A stretch of 64,000 nucleotides of DNA from Vicugna vicugna (Eukaryota): assembly GCA_013265495.1 (NCBI GenBank), contig MU058540.1:2691696-2755695 (forward strand). The letters run 5' to 3'. Numbering within the stretch: position 1 is the first letter of the stretch; every line of letters starts with the position of its first letter. The notes under the pieces are model-generated. The model was given only the letters and a program-made list of their open reading frames with translations, ran no database searches and was not told the origin of the DNA. The position numbers and the translations under genes are program-made. Shown here piece by piece: positions 26,939-39,992 of the stretch.

Positions 26939-29900
26939 GGCTGCTAGAAACGAAGAAAAAAAGAAGTATTAGTTTTGGAGCTAAACTCCATCAATTTATA
27001 CGCTGTCTTACCCTACTGGTAGGAATATAAATTGGCCCAAGTTTTCTCAGGACAAACAGCTAACATAAAACAAAAGCCAGACAAACTTAATAGCTGGTGA
27101 AAATTAAGCATATATTAATGATTTTAGACCCATAAATACCATCCCTAATTATAAGGCCTAGAGAAATGATCACACGGAGTCTTAAGAGGACATGCACAAG
27201 GATGTGCATTACAGAGGATGTTCATTATGCCATTATCTGTGTTATGGGAAGTTGGAGGCAATTCATTAAGGAAATAAATTAATTAAATGCTGTGGATGCA
27301 TACAAAGAAATACCACACAGCAGTCAGAAGCAAATCTACTTGTACCTAAAAGCGACATGAATATATCTTTAAAACATAGTGTTGTATTTTTTAAAAAGAG
27401 AACAAGATCACAATACAACATACATAAATTAAGAATATATAATACAGAATAATTCTTCACCATCTAGGAATCTACTTTGAAGAAATCAAAGACCCATAAG
27501 AACTGATTAAGTTATAATAAAACATGCAATTAAAATATGTTTGAATGTTTAATGTCAGGGAAAATATTTCCAATCTAAAAGAAAATAGGTTACAAAATAG
27601 TACATATACCATGATTTCAATTTTATTTATGTGTTTACTGTATGTGCACAGAATTATTAGAAATACATATTAAAATGTTATTAGTGGCCTAACTCTAGGC
27701 AGTGAGAATAGATCATCTTATTCTTGTTTGTGCTTTTCCATATTTTCTTCAAAGAGTATGTACCATTATTAACTTTTCTTAAAATTCCTTCAAAATTTTC
27801 TAATTTATTGGCATAAAATTATTTGTAATCACCATTAGCATCTTTCTTGGATTTTCTTACAGTGTACTTTATATACAATATTATATGTTACTGGTGTACA
27901 ATATAGTGATTCACAATTTTTAAAGCTTATACTCCATTTATAGTTATTATAAAATATTGGCTATATTCCCTGTGTTGTACAAGTTATCAATAACTTGTAA
28001 ATTTACGATTTCTATAGTTAAAAAAAAATCTGTGACTAAAATCTTCATCTGCGGATATGACTTACAGTGTTTGGTAAGTGTTTGCTGTCTATTTGAATTT
28101 ACAAGTTAAAACAACGACCTATGATGGAACAATATTACCAAGAAAAAACCTGATCATAATTTGAGTGACTGAAAATGCCTTAAAAGCAAGAGACCCTAAC
28201 TTCCCAGTTTCACGTATTTGAAAAAGGATATCGACAAGGTTTAAATAGCTTATAGAACCTTTTCCCCCCTAAATTTAAATTGCATTTTCCCTAGTTTTTT
28301 TTGTTTTGTTTTTTCCTACCAACCTACATTGTCTCACCTGGCCAGGCTGTTCACCAACCTTGACTTGCTCCAGCATTGGCAATAATGCTCAATATTTTAT
28401 CCTTATCATACCTTCCTCCCACAGGACCTGCCTCTATATCTGTCTTTTCATCTCAATATGAAACTGAGTAAAAATCAGGAGGGATCAAGGGCCATTTTCA
28501 AAGACAGTACATTTCATGAAAAGTTTTCTTAAGGCTCTCTCCTTAATACTTAGCAGCTTTTTAAAACTGTTTTGTAGATTAAACTAACGCTGTTAAGGAA
28601 TATGCAAACACTATTCCTAAGAAAAAAGACTTAAGCAATTTTATAAAAAGATACTCTAGAAAATCACACAAAGAATAATACCTTGAGAGCAAAGAGATTC
28701 AAAATCAAGGCTCCATTTCAAACATTTTGATTCGTAATGTGCCAAAATGATCAGTAATCACAAAGTCAGAACATTGAACTCATCTCTACCTTACTATAAA
28801 ATGTAATTTTTCATGGGGAAGTTTCTGCCAATAACCAAAGCAAACTCAAATGTTTTTAGGATATCAGTAGAATTTTTTTTAAAACCTCAGTCTGGTTTAT
28901 GAAGCTTGGGTGTGGTTCCTTATTTGTCAGCCTGTACCCCCTCCACCCACAATGAAAACCACATGCACTCTGGTGAAGAAATTTTAAAACCAGATTTAAA
29001 AACAAGTCTGAAGCAACAGAGCACTCTGTACTCCTCCCTTGTCTGAAAATTTCTGAAGAGTGCCTCTCCCTCTCTCTCTATATATATGTATATACAAAAC
29101 AAATGAAACTATTTCCACATAAAAATATCAGTCTTTAAGCCTAAGACAAATAGTGCCTTCCATGTAATAGGCAGTTAATAAACGCCAGCGGAGCAAGTTA
29201 ATGATTTTCAGTTGTTAACAAAGGTAAAGAACAAAATTACATTTACATTGATCAGTATATAAAGACTAGGGAACAAAAGCTTCGACCCATTTAATTTGCT
29301 GGCATGACTTCCTAAACTTTGTAAAAGATCAACAGGAGATTAAGTGCATTCAAAGATGCTCATATAGTACGCCAACAATTTTCTAGCAGAATGGTTTTCA
29401 ACCTTCGTTAAGTCTCTAATGTAATGGCAAAGGCTGCACTGTCCTTCCGTTTGACCTTTCTTCAAAACCTCCTCTCTCTTCTCTTCCTCTGCTCATAAAA
29501 GAGTTAGCCTAATTCTAATAATCTTTCATCAAAAGTAACAATTACTATTACCCTATAGCAATTTATAGGTTTACTGGGTCAACTAAGTACTTTTCACTTT
29601 TGACAATTCAAGCCTTCCTACCCTAACCTACAGGCCATTTGGAGACCCTTGCCCTACCTGTTTCATTCTCCAACTCTGCAGAATTAGGAAATAATAGGTA
29701 AGAAATTCTTAAAAGTTTTAAAAAGTTAACAAAAGAATATGATCCTCATAAGTCTGGGGTAGGTACTGTAAACATTAAAAGGATATCAAATAAAAACTAC
29801 TGTTTTATCCAATATAGATAGTTATGCATGGTTGACCGATTGACTTTACAATGGTACTGTTATCTCTATAAATACCCCTTTTCTCACCAACTTATTTCTT

Positions 29901-30639
29901 TGTGACTGACAATCCAGTATCTTTCACAGACAATTCAACATTGGGGCTAAGGTTATTTCTTAAGAGTCACGTATCTAATTTCTCCTACTGAACTGTAAGC
30001 CGCTGGAAAGCAAGCACCCTGTCTTATACTACTATTAGTATGCTTCCCCATACCAAGCACAATGCTATGCACTTAGTAAGTACTTTATAAAAGATTCACT
30101 AGGAAAACACTGGTTTCTTAAGTCCATTACTAGGACCAGAGAATATGTATGTATGGGGAAGGTGGGGCCAGGGTTAGGTAGGACATGAAATGGGTTTCTA
30201 TACAGAATTGCACAGAGTTGTTCCCGTCCTTTTATGAGGAAGCCGGCATCTAATGTTTGGATGGAGAATGGAGCCTGTTACTGAGTTGGTGGTGGTTTTA
30301 TGTTTAGGGAAATCACATTTACTGACTGGCTAATTCTAATTAAGAGCCAAAGTGAGCCGAAACGGAGAGGAAGCACAGGGTCTTCTTCCCTCCAATCTTC
30401 CTCTATACATTTCAAAAAAAAAATCTCTTTGTGTCTTTTAGTCAACCGGTAGATCTGGTCTCTCCACTTGCCGTTCTCCACACTTTTTCTAAGTCTTTCT
30501 GCAGACTTTGCTCTAAGTCCTTAACTTAAGACTTTCCTCCTCCACTCTCTTCTTAAGAGTCTTCACTAAATTTTCCTTCCCCCCCCCCACATTATCTGAA
30601 GCACGGGACCCTAAGATTAACCACAGGGAAGGGGGCAGA

Positions 30640-31510
30640 CTCAAAGGTACCGCCGCCCAAGGGGTCTTTCGATATCTCTGCCGCACACAACAGTTCTCAG
30701 GTTCTTAGACTCCAGGAAAAGAAAAGGAGGTAGAAATTGGTAATAACCGTAGGGGACTGAGCGGTGGCAGCGAACAGACAAAGCTGGCAACAAGGAAAGA
30801 AGAGAGCCTGGCTCCCCGCCCCAACTGCACAAGAAGAAAAAGAAAGGACGGGGTGGGGAGCCTGGGATGGGAAAGCGTGTAGAGAACCGACAAGGAGTCT
30901 CTGGAAACCGGGAGGAGGGGGAACTGTGAGAAGGTTTTAGAGAGGGGCCGAAAGGACAGGGCTGGAAAGGGCGCCAGCGGGAAAGGGAGAACCCCAAAGA
31001 GAGTCAGGGGAAGAGGAGGAGATGAAAGAAAAAGCCTGGGATAGACTGAAGACAACGGCAGCAAGACACTCACCAGAGCCCAGTGGGAGGCAGGGCTGGG
31101 GGCGGCGGCCAGCCGCAGACGCCGGCCGGGCCAGCGGTCTCGATGTACGGACAGAAGCCCCAGCGGCAGCAGCCAGCCGACCAGAGGAGAGGAGGGGTCG
31201 CGCGAGGGGCTCTGAGGTAGCGGCCGAGTGGCGGTTGCGAGTGAGGACAACAGGAAGTGCCCCAACTGCCGGAAAAGAAGGCGAGCGGAGGGGCCCAGAC
31301 AGCCGGCTACCCTGCCGCGGAGAGGGGCTGGCACAGCAGCCAGCGGCCCAGACTGCGCAAGCGCGACTTCCCGGCGACGCGGCGGGGAGTCCAGGTCTGC
31401 GCGTGCGCGGGCCCGCCCCTCCCCGCCGCGTCCCAGCTGGTGAGGCTGAGTTGATGGCAGAAGTGTGAGGTGTGGGTCCTTCTCAGTGTGGGCGGGGCGG
31501 GGCTGGGGGA
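30640..31510 (-). promoter_or_regulatory. STK38 CpG-island promoter (TATA-less) with ETS, NRF1-like and Sp1 motifs
   Basis: Dense CpG, mainly 31080-31440. CAGGAAGTG at ~31250, CCGGAA at ~31269, TGCGCAAGCGCG at ~31354, GCGCGTGCGCG at ~31399, tandem GGGCGGGG at 31490-31502. Confidence 0.85.
31074..31380 (-). other. STK38: STK38 non-coding exon 1 (5' end approximate)
   Basis: Strong donor CTG|GTGAGT at 31074/31073 inside the CpG island. No upstream ATG seen in the exon. The TSS is inferred only. Confidence 0.7.
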
Positions 31511-32535
31511 GTCTTTTTGACTTTTTATTTTAAAATAATTATAAACTCACAAAAACTTGCAAAATTAGTACAAAGAGATCTCCTATACCCATCACCCACA
31601 TAGCTCCTTCAACATCTTACATAACTGTACTATATTATCAAACCAGGAAATTGACATTGGCGGGATACAATTAACTAGACCAATGCAATTAACTAGATTA
31701 CAAACCTGATTCAGATTTAACCAGTTTGGCAAGGACTCATTTGTGCGTGTCTGTGCGCTTGTGCTAGCACTCCTCTGCAGTTCTATGAAATTGTACCACC
31801 TGTACCGTCATATCCATTGATTTTCGACCATCATCACAATAGATCTGCTGCAACCCTTGGCCCCACCTTCTATTCCTTGAAGTAAAGATTAACACGCCTT
31901 GTCTTGGGATCGGGCAAGTTCTACATAGGCTTAGACATCAGCTACCAAGAGGGCATCCCAGCATGCACAGAAAAACATGCTTTTCAAGGCTACCCAGCAG
32001 CTTAGTCTGTACCACCCTTTGGGATAAAAAGGTCCAAAGCCTTTGGGCACACGTTCCTTGAGAGTGAAGCGCAGTGCTCTTCATCAGAAAGTATCAGGCT
32101 TCTAGAAACAAAGACATGATCCCTGCCTGCCTTCAAAGAGGCCATGTAGGCAGAGAAAGAAGCATGTGCCCAAGTCATTCTTAGGGTGTTACTGACATTA
32201 GGGTGCCCACGCTCTTGCACAACTGTGTAAGATCATACGGCTTGATTTTATCCTTAAAGCTTGAGGTCCCAGATTTTATTTCCTTGTCTTGAAAACATAG
32301 GCCTTCCTTGACTGTTTCCATCTTTCTAGACTTAAAAGCCCAGTATCCTTTTGTCTAGCACACAAAAACCTCTTTACCTTTCCTACTCTTCTCCCAGAGG
32401 CCCTTCTCCCCCAGTGCCTTTTGTCAATGTCCTCCCCATCTTTAATGACTTAGTAGCAGTGCCAGATGTTTGCATAGCGCTTTTCAGTTTACAAACCACA
32501 TTCAAGTACTTAATCTCAGTTGATCCTCACAACTC

Positions 32536-33520
32536 CTTTTTTCTTCTTCCAGTTTTACTGAGGTATAATTGACATACAGCACTGTATAAGTTAAGGTTTG
32601 CAGCATAATTAAAGAAATAGAAAAAAAGTTTTCCTTGTGATGAGAACTTATTTTTTTCTCTTAAAAACTTTCATATATAACATATACCAGTGTTAATTAT
32701 ATTTATCATGTTGTACATTATATCCCTAATACTTATTTTGTAACTGGAAGTTTGTACCTTTTGACCACTTTCATCCAATTCCCCCTTCCTGCCTGCCACT
32801 GTACCCACAAATCTGATCGCTTTTTCTGAGTTTGTTTTTGAAGTATAATTAACCTACAACACTATGTTACTTCCTATTATATAGCATAGTGATTCAATAT
32901 TTCTATACATATCAAAATGACCACAATGAGCCTAATGATGAGTAAGTCACCGTACAAAGATATTATAGTTATTGACTATATTCTCCACACTGTATGTTTC
33001 CTACCTGTGACTATTTTGCAACTAAAAGTTTGTACCTCTTAATCTCCCTCACCTATTTCTTTCCTCCCCTCTGGCAACCATCTGTTCTCTTTATCTGTAA
33101 CTCCTTCTGTTTTGTTATGTTTGTTCATTTATTTTAGATTCCACATATAAGTGAAATCATACAGTATTTGTCTTTCTCTGTCTGACTTATTTCATTTAGC
33201 ATAATATCCTCTAGGTCCATCTATGTTGTCACAAATGGCAAGATTTTATTATTTTCATGGCTGAATAATATTCTATTATATATTTTTATATACTATATAA
33301 CATTACATTAATATAATAAATATAAGATCTTACTTATCCATTCATCTATATCCTGTTGCAATTTTTGGGGGGTGGGGTAATTAGGGTTTATTTATTTTTA
33401 TTTAGTTTTTAATGGAAGTACTGGGGACTGAACCTAGGACCTTATGCATGCTAAGCACACACTCTGCCACTGAGCTATACCCTCCCCACCATCCTGTTGC
33501 CTTTTTGATAATAGCCATTC
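32536..33520 (-). mobile_element. L1 3' fragment inserted in a MIR, with an internal deletion and a nested SINE
   Basis: L1 3'UTR antisense. Flanks TGATCCTCACAACTC (32521-32535) and TGATCCTTATAACTC (33521-33535) form an imperfect TSD. Confidence 0.85.
33361..33487 (-). mobile_element. Vic-1-type SINE inserted in an L1 3' fragment
   Basis: Same head sequence. TSD ATCCTGTTGC at 33350-33359 and 33491-33500. Confidence 0.9.
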
Positions 33521-33640
33521 TGATCCTTATAACTCTTCACAGGTCACATAGGGTAAGTTTTTAGTGTTAAAGAGAAAACCACAGGCCCAAGATACCAAAT
33601 AGATTTAATACCTGATCTAATTGCAGTTTCGACCTTCCCT

Positions 33641-33900
33641 CAGGATGTGGAGAAAAGGGATCCCTCCTGCACTGTTGGTAGGAATGTAAATTGGTGCAGC
33701 AGTTATGGAAAACAGCATTAAGATTTCTCATAAAATTAAAAATAGAACTACAGTTTGATCCAGCTTCCACTCCTTGGTACTTATCTGAAGAAAACAAAAA
33801 CAGTAATTAGAAAAGACATATATGCATTCCTATGTTCATTGCAGCATTAGTTACAATAGCCAAGATATGGAAGCAACCTAAGTGCCTATGAACAGATGAT
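33641..33900 (+). mobile_element. Internal L1 fragment without A-tail
   Basis: GGATGTGGAGAAAAGGGA...TGCACTGTTGG...GGAAGCAACCTAAGTGCC (L1 ORF2 end). Confidence 0.88.
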
Positions 33901-35858
33901 AGTTTCAGACCCACTAGCCTTTCCCCTCTCTTTAAATGTTGCTCTAAATTGTTCTTTGTCCCAAGGGAATCACCTACTTCTGCTCCATCAGGCTGACCTG
34001 TGATTGCTTCACCAGCTGAAGCTCAGCTTCTTGGCAAAGACCACAGTCCTCTAGATAACAGGCATCATACCGCACCCCACACCCTGCCCCCGGCAGTGTG
34101 TGCCCCACTCACTGGGGGCCATGACATCAATTATAGTCAGAAAAGTTGAAAGAACTCTACAGTGAATATTTATACATATACCATATAGATTCTACATTTG
34201 TCATTTGTTGTTTTATCACACATCCATCTATCCATACCTCTTTCCATCCAATTACCTCTGAATATCCCTTCCAACTGCAAGCAGGAGCTATGCTTGATGA
34301 CTAGCTAGTCCAATGGTTCTCAGACTTTAACACATCAACCCTGGGATTAAATTAAAATGCAGATTATGACTCAGAAGGTCTGAGGCAGAGCTGAGATTCT
34401 GCATTTCAAACAAGCTCCCAGGTGATTCTAACACTGCTGGTCCATGGACTTTGATGTAATAAGGAATCTGAATACGTATCTAACTGAAAAATAAGAAAAG
34501 GAAAGTGCCCACAATCCAGGAGCCTTAGGTCCCCACCAAGGCAGAGACTGGGGTGAGGTAAGTGAGGCACCTAGGACACAGCACTCGAGTTCAAGTGCAA
34601 CCCCTGCACTTGCATGATCCTGAGAGTGTTTCCTTACACTGTGAATCCTAACACATCACTGGCCCAACCTAGTCCCAGCCCTGGTCACTACCAAGTAACA
34701 TTTTGGTAGTTATATAACAGATTTCTAGTCCTTCAAACTACTTTCTTTCTTTCTTTTAGTATTTTATGTTTTGTTTATTTTAGTGAATTCCAGTTAGCTA
34801 CTAAATGGCTTCACCTGACTGAAAGTATCACTCTGGATAATAATGTTTATTTTTAAGTACGTTGAGATTCACAAATTTCAGTAGAATAAACTAACTGCCA
34901 AGTGGGCAGCAATTTTCCTTTTTCTTTATATCAGTTTCTGCTAAGGTTGGCTGATTCCTCTATTTTTATTTCTATTTTTCACTGAGGTATAGTTAATTGA
35001 CATTATATTATTTTCAGGTGTACAGATTATTTTCTAATACACACATATGGGGTTATATTGTACATGATTATACTGTATGCAATTATATCTGCAATATTGC
35101 ATATGTAGGATTGTACTTTTATTTTTTGTTCATGTTTAAGTCATGATATTTTTAAATCCTTAAGCTCTGAAAGCTTTATCAACAAATTCACTAAATAATC
35201 CTGTTCCTCAAAAAAATGTGCATAGTTGCTTTCTCTGGAAAAATTATGAGTGGTTATTATTTCTTTCATATGCTTATCTGTTCTTCCCAAATTTTCCATA
35301 TTGGACCCTCATAACTTTCAATTTAGTTTTTATTTGTATCAAAGTAATACACCCATGGACTTGAAAAAGACCAAATGATCTGCAAGACTTAAAATGATAA
35401 ACAGCAGATCCTTGCCCCACCCACTCCCACGGGAGTCAATCAGCAAGCAGCTGCTCTCAATGCTTTTAGTTGTTTCTTCTGTTTACTTCCTTGTTTCTAA
35501 ATATTACTTTTTCTTATATTTTCATTTTTAGATATTTTTAAGTTTCCTCAGTGAAGATGAGGATTTAACTCACACCACAACTTCCACATAACTTCTTCCA
35601 CCAGTGCCATTTTCTTTGAATCAATATTCAGTGTTTGTAATGAACCAAGTGAGATAGAATAATTACCATCTTCTTAAGCCAATTTTTGTTTTCCCTGGAG
35701 TTAACAATTGTCTCATCTTTTTTTCCCTTGCATAGTTTTATTTTTAAATATCTACCACTGATTTATCTGCAAGCTCCCTGCCAAACTGGAAAGCTTTTAT
35801 CAGATTATGGTCAAACGGCTCCATTTTTTTCTCTAGGGTAATCTTTCCTGGAACCCTC

Positions 35859-36323
35859 TGTATTAGTCAGGGTTCTCCAGAGAAACAGAAGCAATAGTTT
35901 AGAGAGGGAAAGCGAGGGATCTATCTTTAAGAACTGGCTCACACTCTTGTAGAGGCTGGCAGATTCTAAATCTGTAGGGCAGACTGGAAGGCCAGAAACC
36001 CAGGCAAGAGGTGATGTTGCTGTCTTGAGTCTGAAATCCACAGGGGAGGTGAGGAGGCTAGAAGCTCAGGCAGGATTTCTATGTCTTCATCTTGAGACAA
36101 AATTCCTTCTTCCCTGCGAAACCTCAGCCTTTGCTCTTAAGGTGTTCCACTGATTGGATGAGGCCCACTCACATTATGGAGGGTGATCTGCTTAACTTAA
36201 AGTTGAGTGATTATAAATGTTAACAATATCTAAATTATACCTTCACAGCCATATCTGAACTAGTGTTTGACCAAACTGGGCACCATAACCTAGCCAGGCT
36301 GACACATAAAATTGACCATAACA
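35859..36323. mobile_element. MLT2-type (ERVL) solo LTR
   Basis: Starts TGTATTAGTCAGGGTTCTCCAGAGAAACAGAA and ends GACACATAAAATTGACCATAACA (TG...CA). Confidence 0.85.
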
Positions 36324-37727
36324 ACTTCCGTTCTCCTAAGTAATCTCTCTCCCATTGTTTTTTTTTTTTTTTCTCTTTAGTGTTTCCCTCCCACTTAGTT
36401 TCATGGTCTTCTCTTTAAATTTCAGCCATAGTTTCCAGTAAATATGTCCCAGGTAAATTAAGACAACCTGTCAAAGAATTGTGCTAAGGTAAACAGAGTG
36501 GGTGGGAGAGTCAGGGGGCACCTCCTCCACCCCCATCCAGCTGCCTCCTCATCTCCTTGTCTTTCCCACTGCTCCAGGAGAGCAGGAGGGAGAGTGCTGA
36601 ACTCAGACAGCGCAGACTCTGTGGTAACTGCCAGTAACAAAGCCTGGTCAGGAGAAAGAGAATTTATCTGCAGCCCCAATTCTTCAGGGAAGCATTGGTA
36701 TAATGAGCCAGCCCTGCAACAGCTGTCTGACTGGTCACCTTTATCCTAATGCTTAGTCTGCAAACCTGAAGACTCAAAGTCAAGAAAGCACTAAATGCAA
36801 AAGTAGCTTTCCATATTGTTTCTTGCTTTCAGACTTTTACAGATATGCCAACACAGAGCTTTGACCATACAATTTTGCCTGCGTAGAGATTTTTATTTTC
36901 TTTAAACTGAATACTTAATGATGGGGCCAGAATAATTGAGAAGTCTTAAGAAATACAGATTTTAAATTAATTTTTTCCAAATGACTGTGTGTGTATCACG
37001 ATGAGTCAATGTTTCTTTGGAAATTGAGGGTGAAAAATCTCAACAAATGAAGGATGTGAAGTGTGGCAGGCCCAGTATCCAAACAAGGCACAAGCTTTTC
37101 CCACCTATCTGGGAGTGAAAACAAGAAGGAGGGAATTAAACAAACCTTATGAAGCAAAGAGAGGAGAGCTATAATTTCTGAAGAAAAAGAGTGATAGAAA
37201 CAAGTTCCCTAAAGCAAAAATAAATCTGAAAGCCAGACATGAAAGGGATAAGATGTCCACTCACCTCACTGTGCTTGGATGGGAACCTTCCTGTAAAGCA
37301 AGGGAGTTTTTGAGTCTCCCACTGTTGAAAGGTTTTCTTTCAATTGGTGGGGTGGAGAGCTGCGTGAGTCACAAGACTCTCAGGCTCCCTTAGGAACGTG
37401 CTCAAACTTCCCATGTTTGCAGAAGCCCTAGAGCTGTTCTAACTGCAAAATGATAGCTGATCTCATAAATTCCCTAAAAATAGAGGCATATGAATCTCAG
37501 TTGTTCCAAATTGAGGTAATAGGACACATTAAAGTGTTTCACATCCATAAGTTTGGAAAATGCTGGGTAAAGTAAAATTATGAGTTTCTTTATTGCAGGA
37601 CTTCTCAGGTCCTTTAATAGTATTGTGATTCTCCATCAGGAACGTCTATTATACAGGATATCTCTAATTTATTTGAGATGTTTCATGGAGCCTTGAGAAC
37701 ACAGATCTAAATAGCTAACATCAGGGT

Positions 37728-37840
37728 AGTGTGTGTGTGTGTGTGTNNNNNNNNNNNNNNNNNNNNNNNNNNNNNNNNNNNCCGTTGTGTGTGTATGTGT
37801 GTGTGTGTGTGTGTGTGTGTCTGTGTGTGTGTGTGTGTGT
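37728..37840. repeat. (GT)n microsatellite spanning a 35-N assembly gap (37747-37781)
   Basis: Read directly from the sequence. Confidence 0.97.
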
Positions 37841-39622
37841 AATCAGGGGAGAAAGGGGCCAAGAAGATCACTTGCTAGTGCTTGTTGTAGCTTCAAGTCA
37901 AAGGAGCAAAAGGAGACGCAAAAGCTTATTACCATCTCCTGGCTTTGAAAAATTATCTCATAAATTCCCCTTTAGTTCTAAATTGCTAACAACTGTTTCA
38001 GACTCCAGTAATATCAGAGCTAAAAGGGAACCTAGAGATAGTTTATCTAATCATTCCAATTTACAAATGAGAAACTGGCCCAAGGAAAGGAATTAAGTTG
38101 TCCGAAGTCACAGATGAATTAAATTGCAACGCTTGGTTAGAATGAGCTTTTCTGACTTCTAGTCCATTGATCTTTGTCCTGCCCTGTGGTATCTCTCTAT
38201 ATGACTGAATCCACAGACTAGCAATGGGCTGTTACTGCACGATTTTGACAAATCTGCCTATAATTAAAAACAATATCTAAGCCCAGCTGATGGCTCATGT
38301 CATCTCAAACAAATCTCAATATGATAAAATAATTCAGACCATCGCTGGCATTTGAAGCAGCAAGATTTGACCTGTGGTTTTAACACCATCTGCTTCATTT
38401 ATCTCTGAGCTCACAGTCTCATGATGTCTTCCTTTCAAACTGGATTGTAAGTCACGTAGATGACATGGTCTGGCTCTCTTTATAGTTTTTAAATAGGTTT
38501 ATATTGTTCAAAAAATAGATCAAGGATTATAAAAGGTTCAAAACAAAAAATCTCCCTCCTACATCTGTCTCCCACCCTCCCATTTCTCACCTTGCCTCTC
38601 CACGTAGTTAACCATTGATATTAGTGTTTTGTGTATCCTTCCCGAGTTCTTTATGCAGGTATCGATAGAGAGACTTATTTTTCTCCCTTATTCACACAAA
38701 ATGGCATGGTCTCTTTATTAGGCAAGACTCTTCCCCTTTAGCCTTGGTCTCTTCACTTAGAAAAAAGGATTGTACCAACTCTGTCCACAGGCCATTCCTC
38801 TCTGACATTCTCCGATGCCTGGAATGTGTCAAGCCCCCTGCTGCTTGACAATATTTGACCTTTTGGAAAATCGCACTTGCATGGCTGGTTTTGTTGGTGC
38901 CCTCAAATTTAGAGCACTCAGGGTGTGGTGTGCAGACTTTGGTATTTCATGCTTTAAGAAAATCCAATACACAAATGTCAACATTTCCAAAGCAAATTAG
39001 GGAGTGGCTGTTTGTATTGCAAACGAATCTTGCAAAATGATTCACCAAAGGCATCTTTTATGTATTTACATATATTTATTTTATAAAATAAATAATACTT
39101 GGTACAACATTCAAAAGAATGTACAATGAAAACTCTCTACCTTGATCCCCGGTCACCAAGCTCTCCTCCCCATGGGCCACCTTTGTCACCAGTTTCTTGT
39201 GTGTTCTTCCATATTCTTTGCATATGCAAACGTATCCGTATAGATCCTTTTCCGATAAGAGCATTCTAAATGCGCCGCTTTGCAGCTTGTACTTTTCACT
39301 GAAAAAGATATCTTGGAAATCCTTCCGTATCAGGATAAATAGAACTGCCTCATTCTCTTTTTTTAAGGGTTGCATAATTTTTCAATAATGGATATGCCAA
39401 AGTAAATTAATCTAAGAAGAGTTTTTCTTTTTTTACCAGTGAATTCCATTAGTCCACGGACAATCTGATTTAATCCCTGAAGTCCTGTTTTCAGTTGCAC
39501 TCTATTGTAGGAAGCAAGATTCTCTCAGGGTGCTTCCCTTCCTGCACAGCACACAGAGCAGGCATCAGTGCCTACAGCTGAACTTGTGCCAAACAGAAAC
39601 TGTTTCACCTCCTAAATCTTAA

Positions 39623-39992
39623 TCTTTTTCCAACGGAAGTTCTCACATATTAATTACTGTCTCAACCCTACTAGTACAGAAACATAGAAACAAAGAGAAA
39701 AATCATTTTCTCAATAAAAAAAATCCAGCTGTCCAGATAACGATGCTTTCAGAGTGGTAAAGTAAGATGCAACTGACTTGATACTGTAGAATTACGTGCG
39801 CCATCTCATGTGCAATTCCGTATTGACCCAGCTTGGTTCTTCTCCAATGTCTCCTCTTGGAGTTGTACCTTATTTTATTACTAGTTTGCATCTGAATCCA
39901 CTGGGGAATGGAATGATTCTGCTTTTGTTTCTTGGCCAGGAATCACTTGACTCTGAAAATCTTGTGAGAAGATGTGGTGAAGAACAGAGTCC
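39623..39992 (-). pseudogene. RPL39: RPL39 processed pseudogene (CDS remnant 39975-39820)
   Basis: Translates to (T)[50 protein letters not shown], versus RPL39 [51 protein letters not shown]. Intronless, with 3'UTR remnant. Flanked by an 18-bp direct repeat TCACCTCCTAAATCTTAA (39605-39622, 39993-40010). Confidence 0.95.

Noticed and set aside
30641..31468. Long ORFs (118-209 aa) on both strands
   Set aside because: They lie in the GC-rich promoter island where stop codons are rare. The peptides are low-complexity with no recognisable domain.
24590..34250. Inverted similarity between ~24620-24770 and ~34140-34250 flanking the STK38 promoter
   Set aside because: Most simply two independent, diverged copies of the same old L1 3' end in opposite orientation.
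37747..37786. Structure at the N-run
   Set aside because: An assembly gap in a GT microsatellite. The adjacent bases are unreliable.
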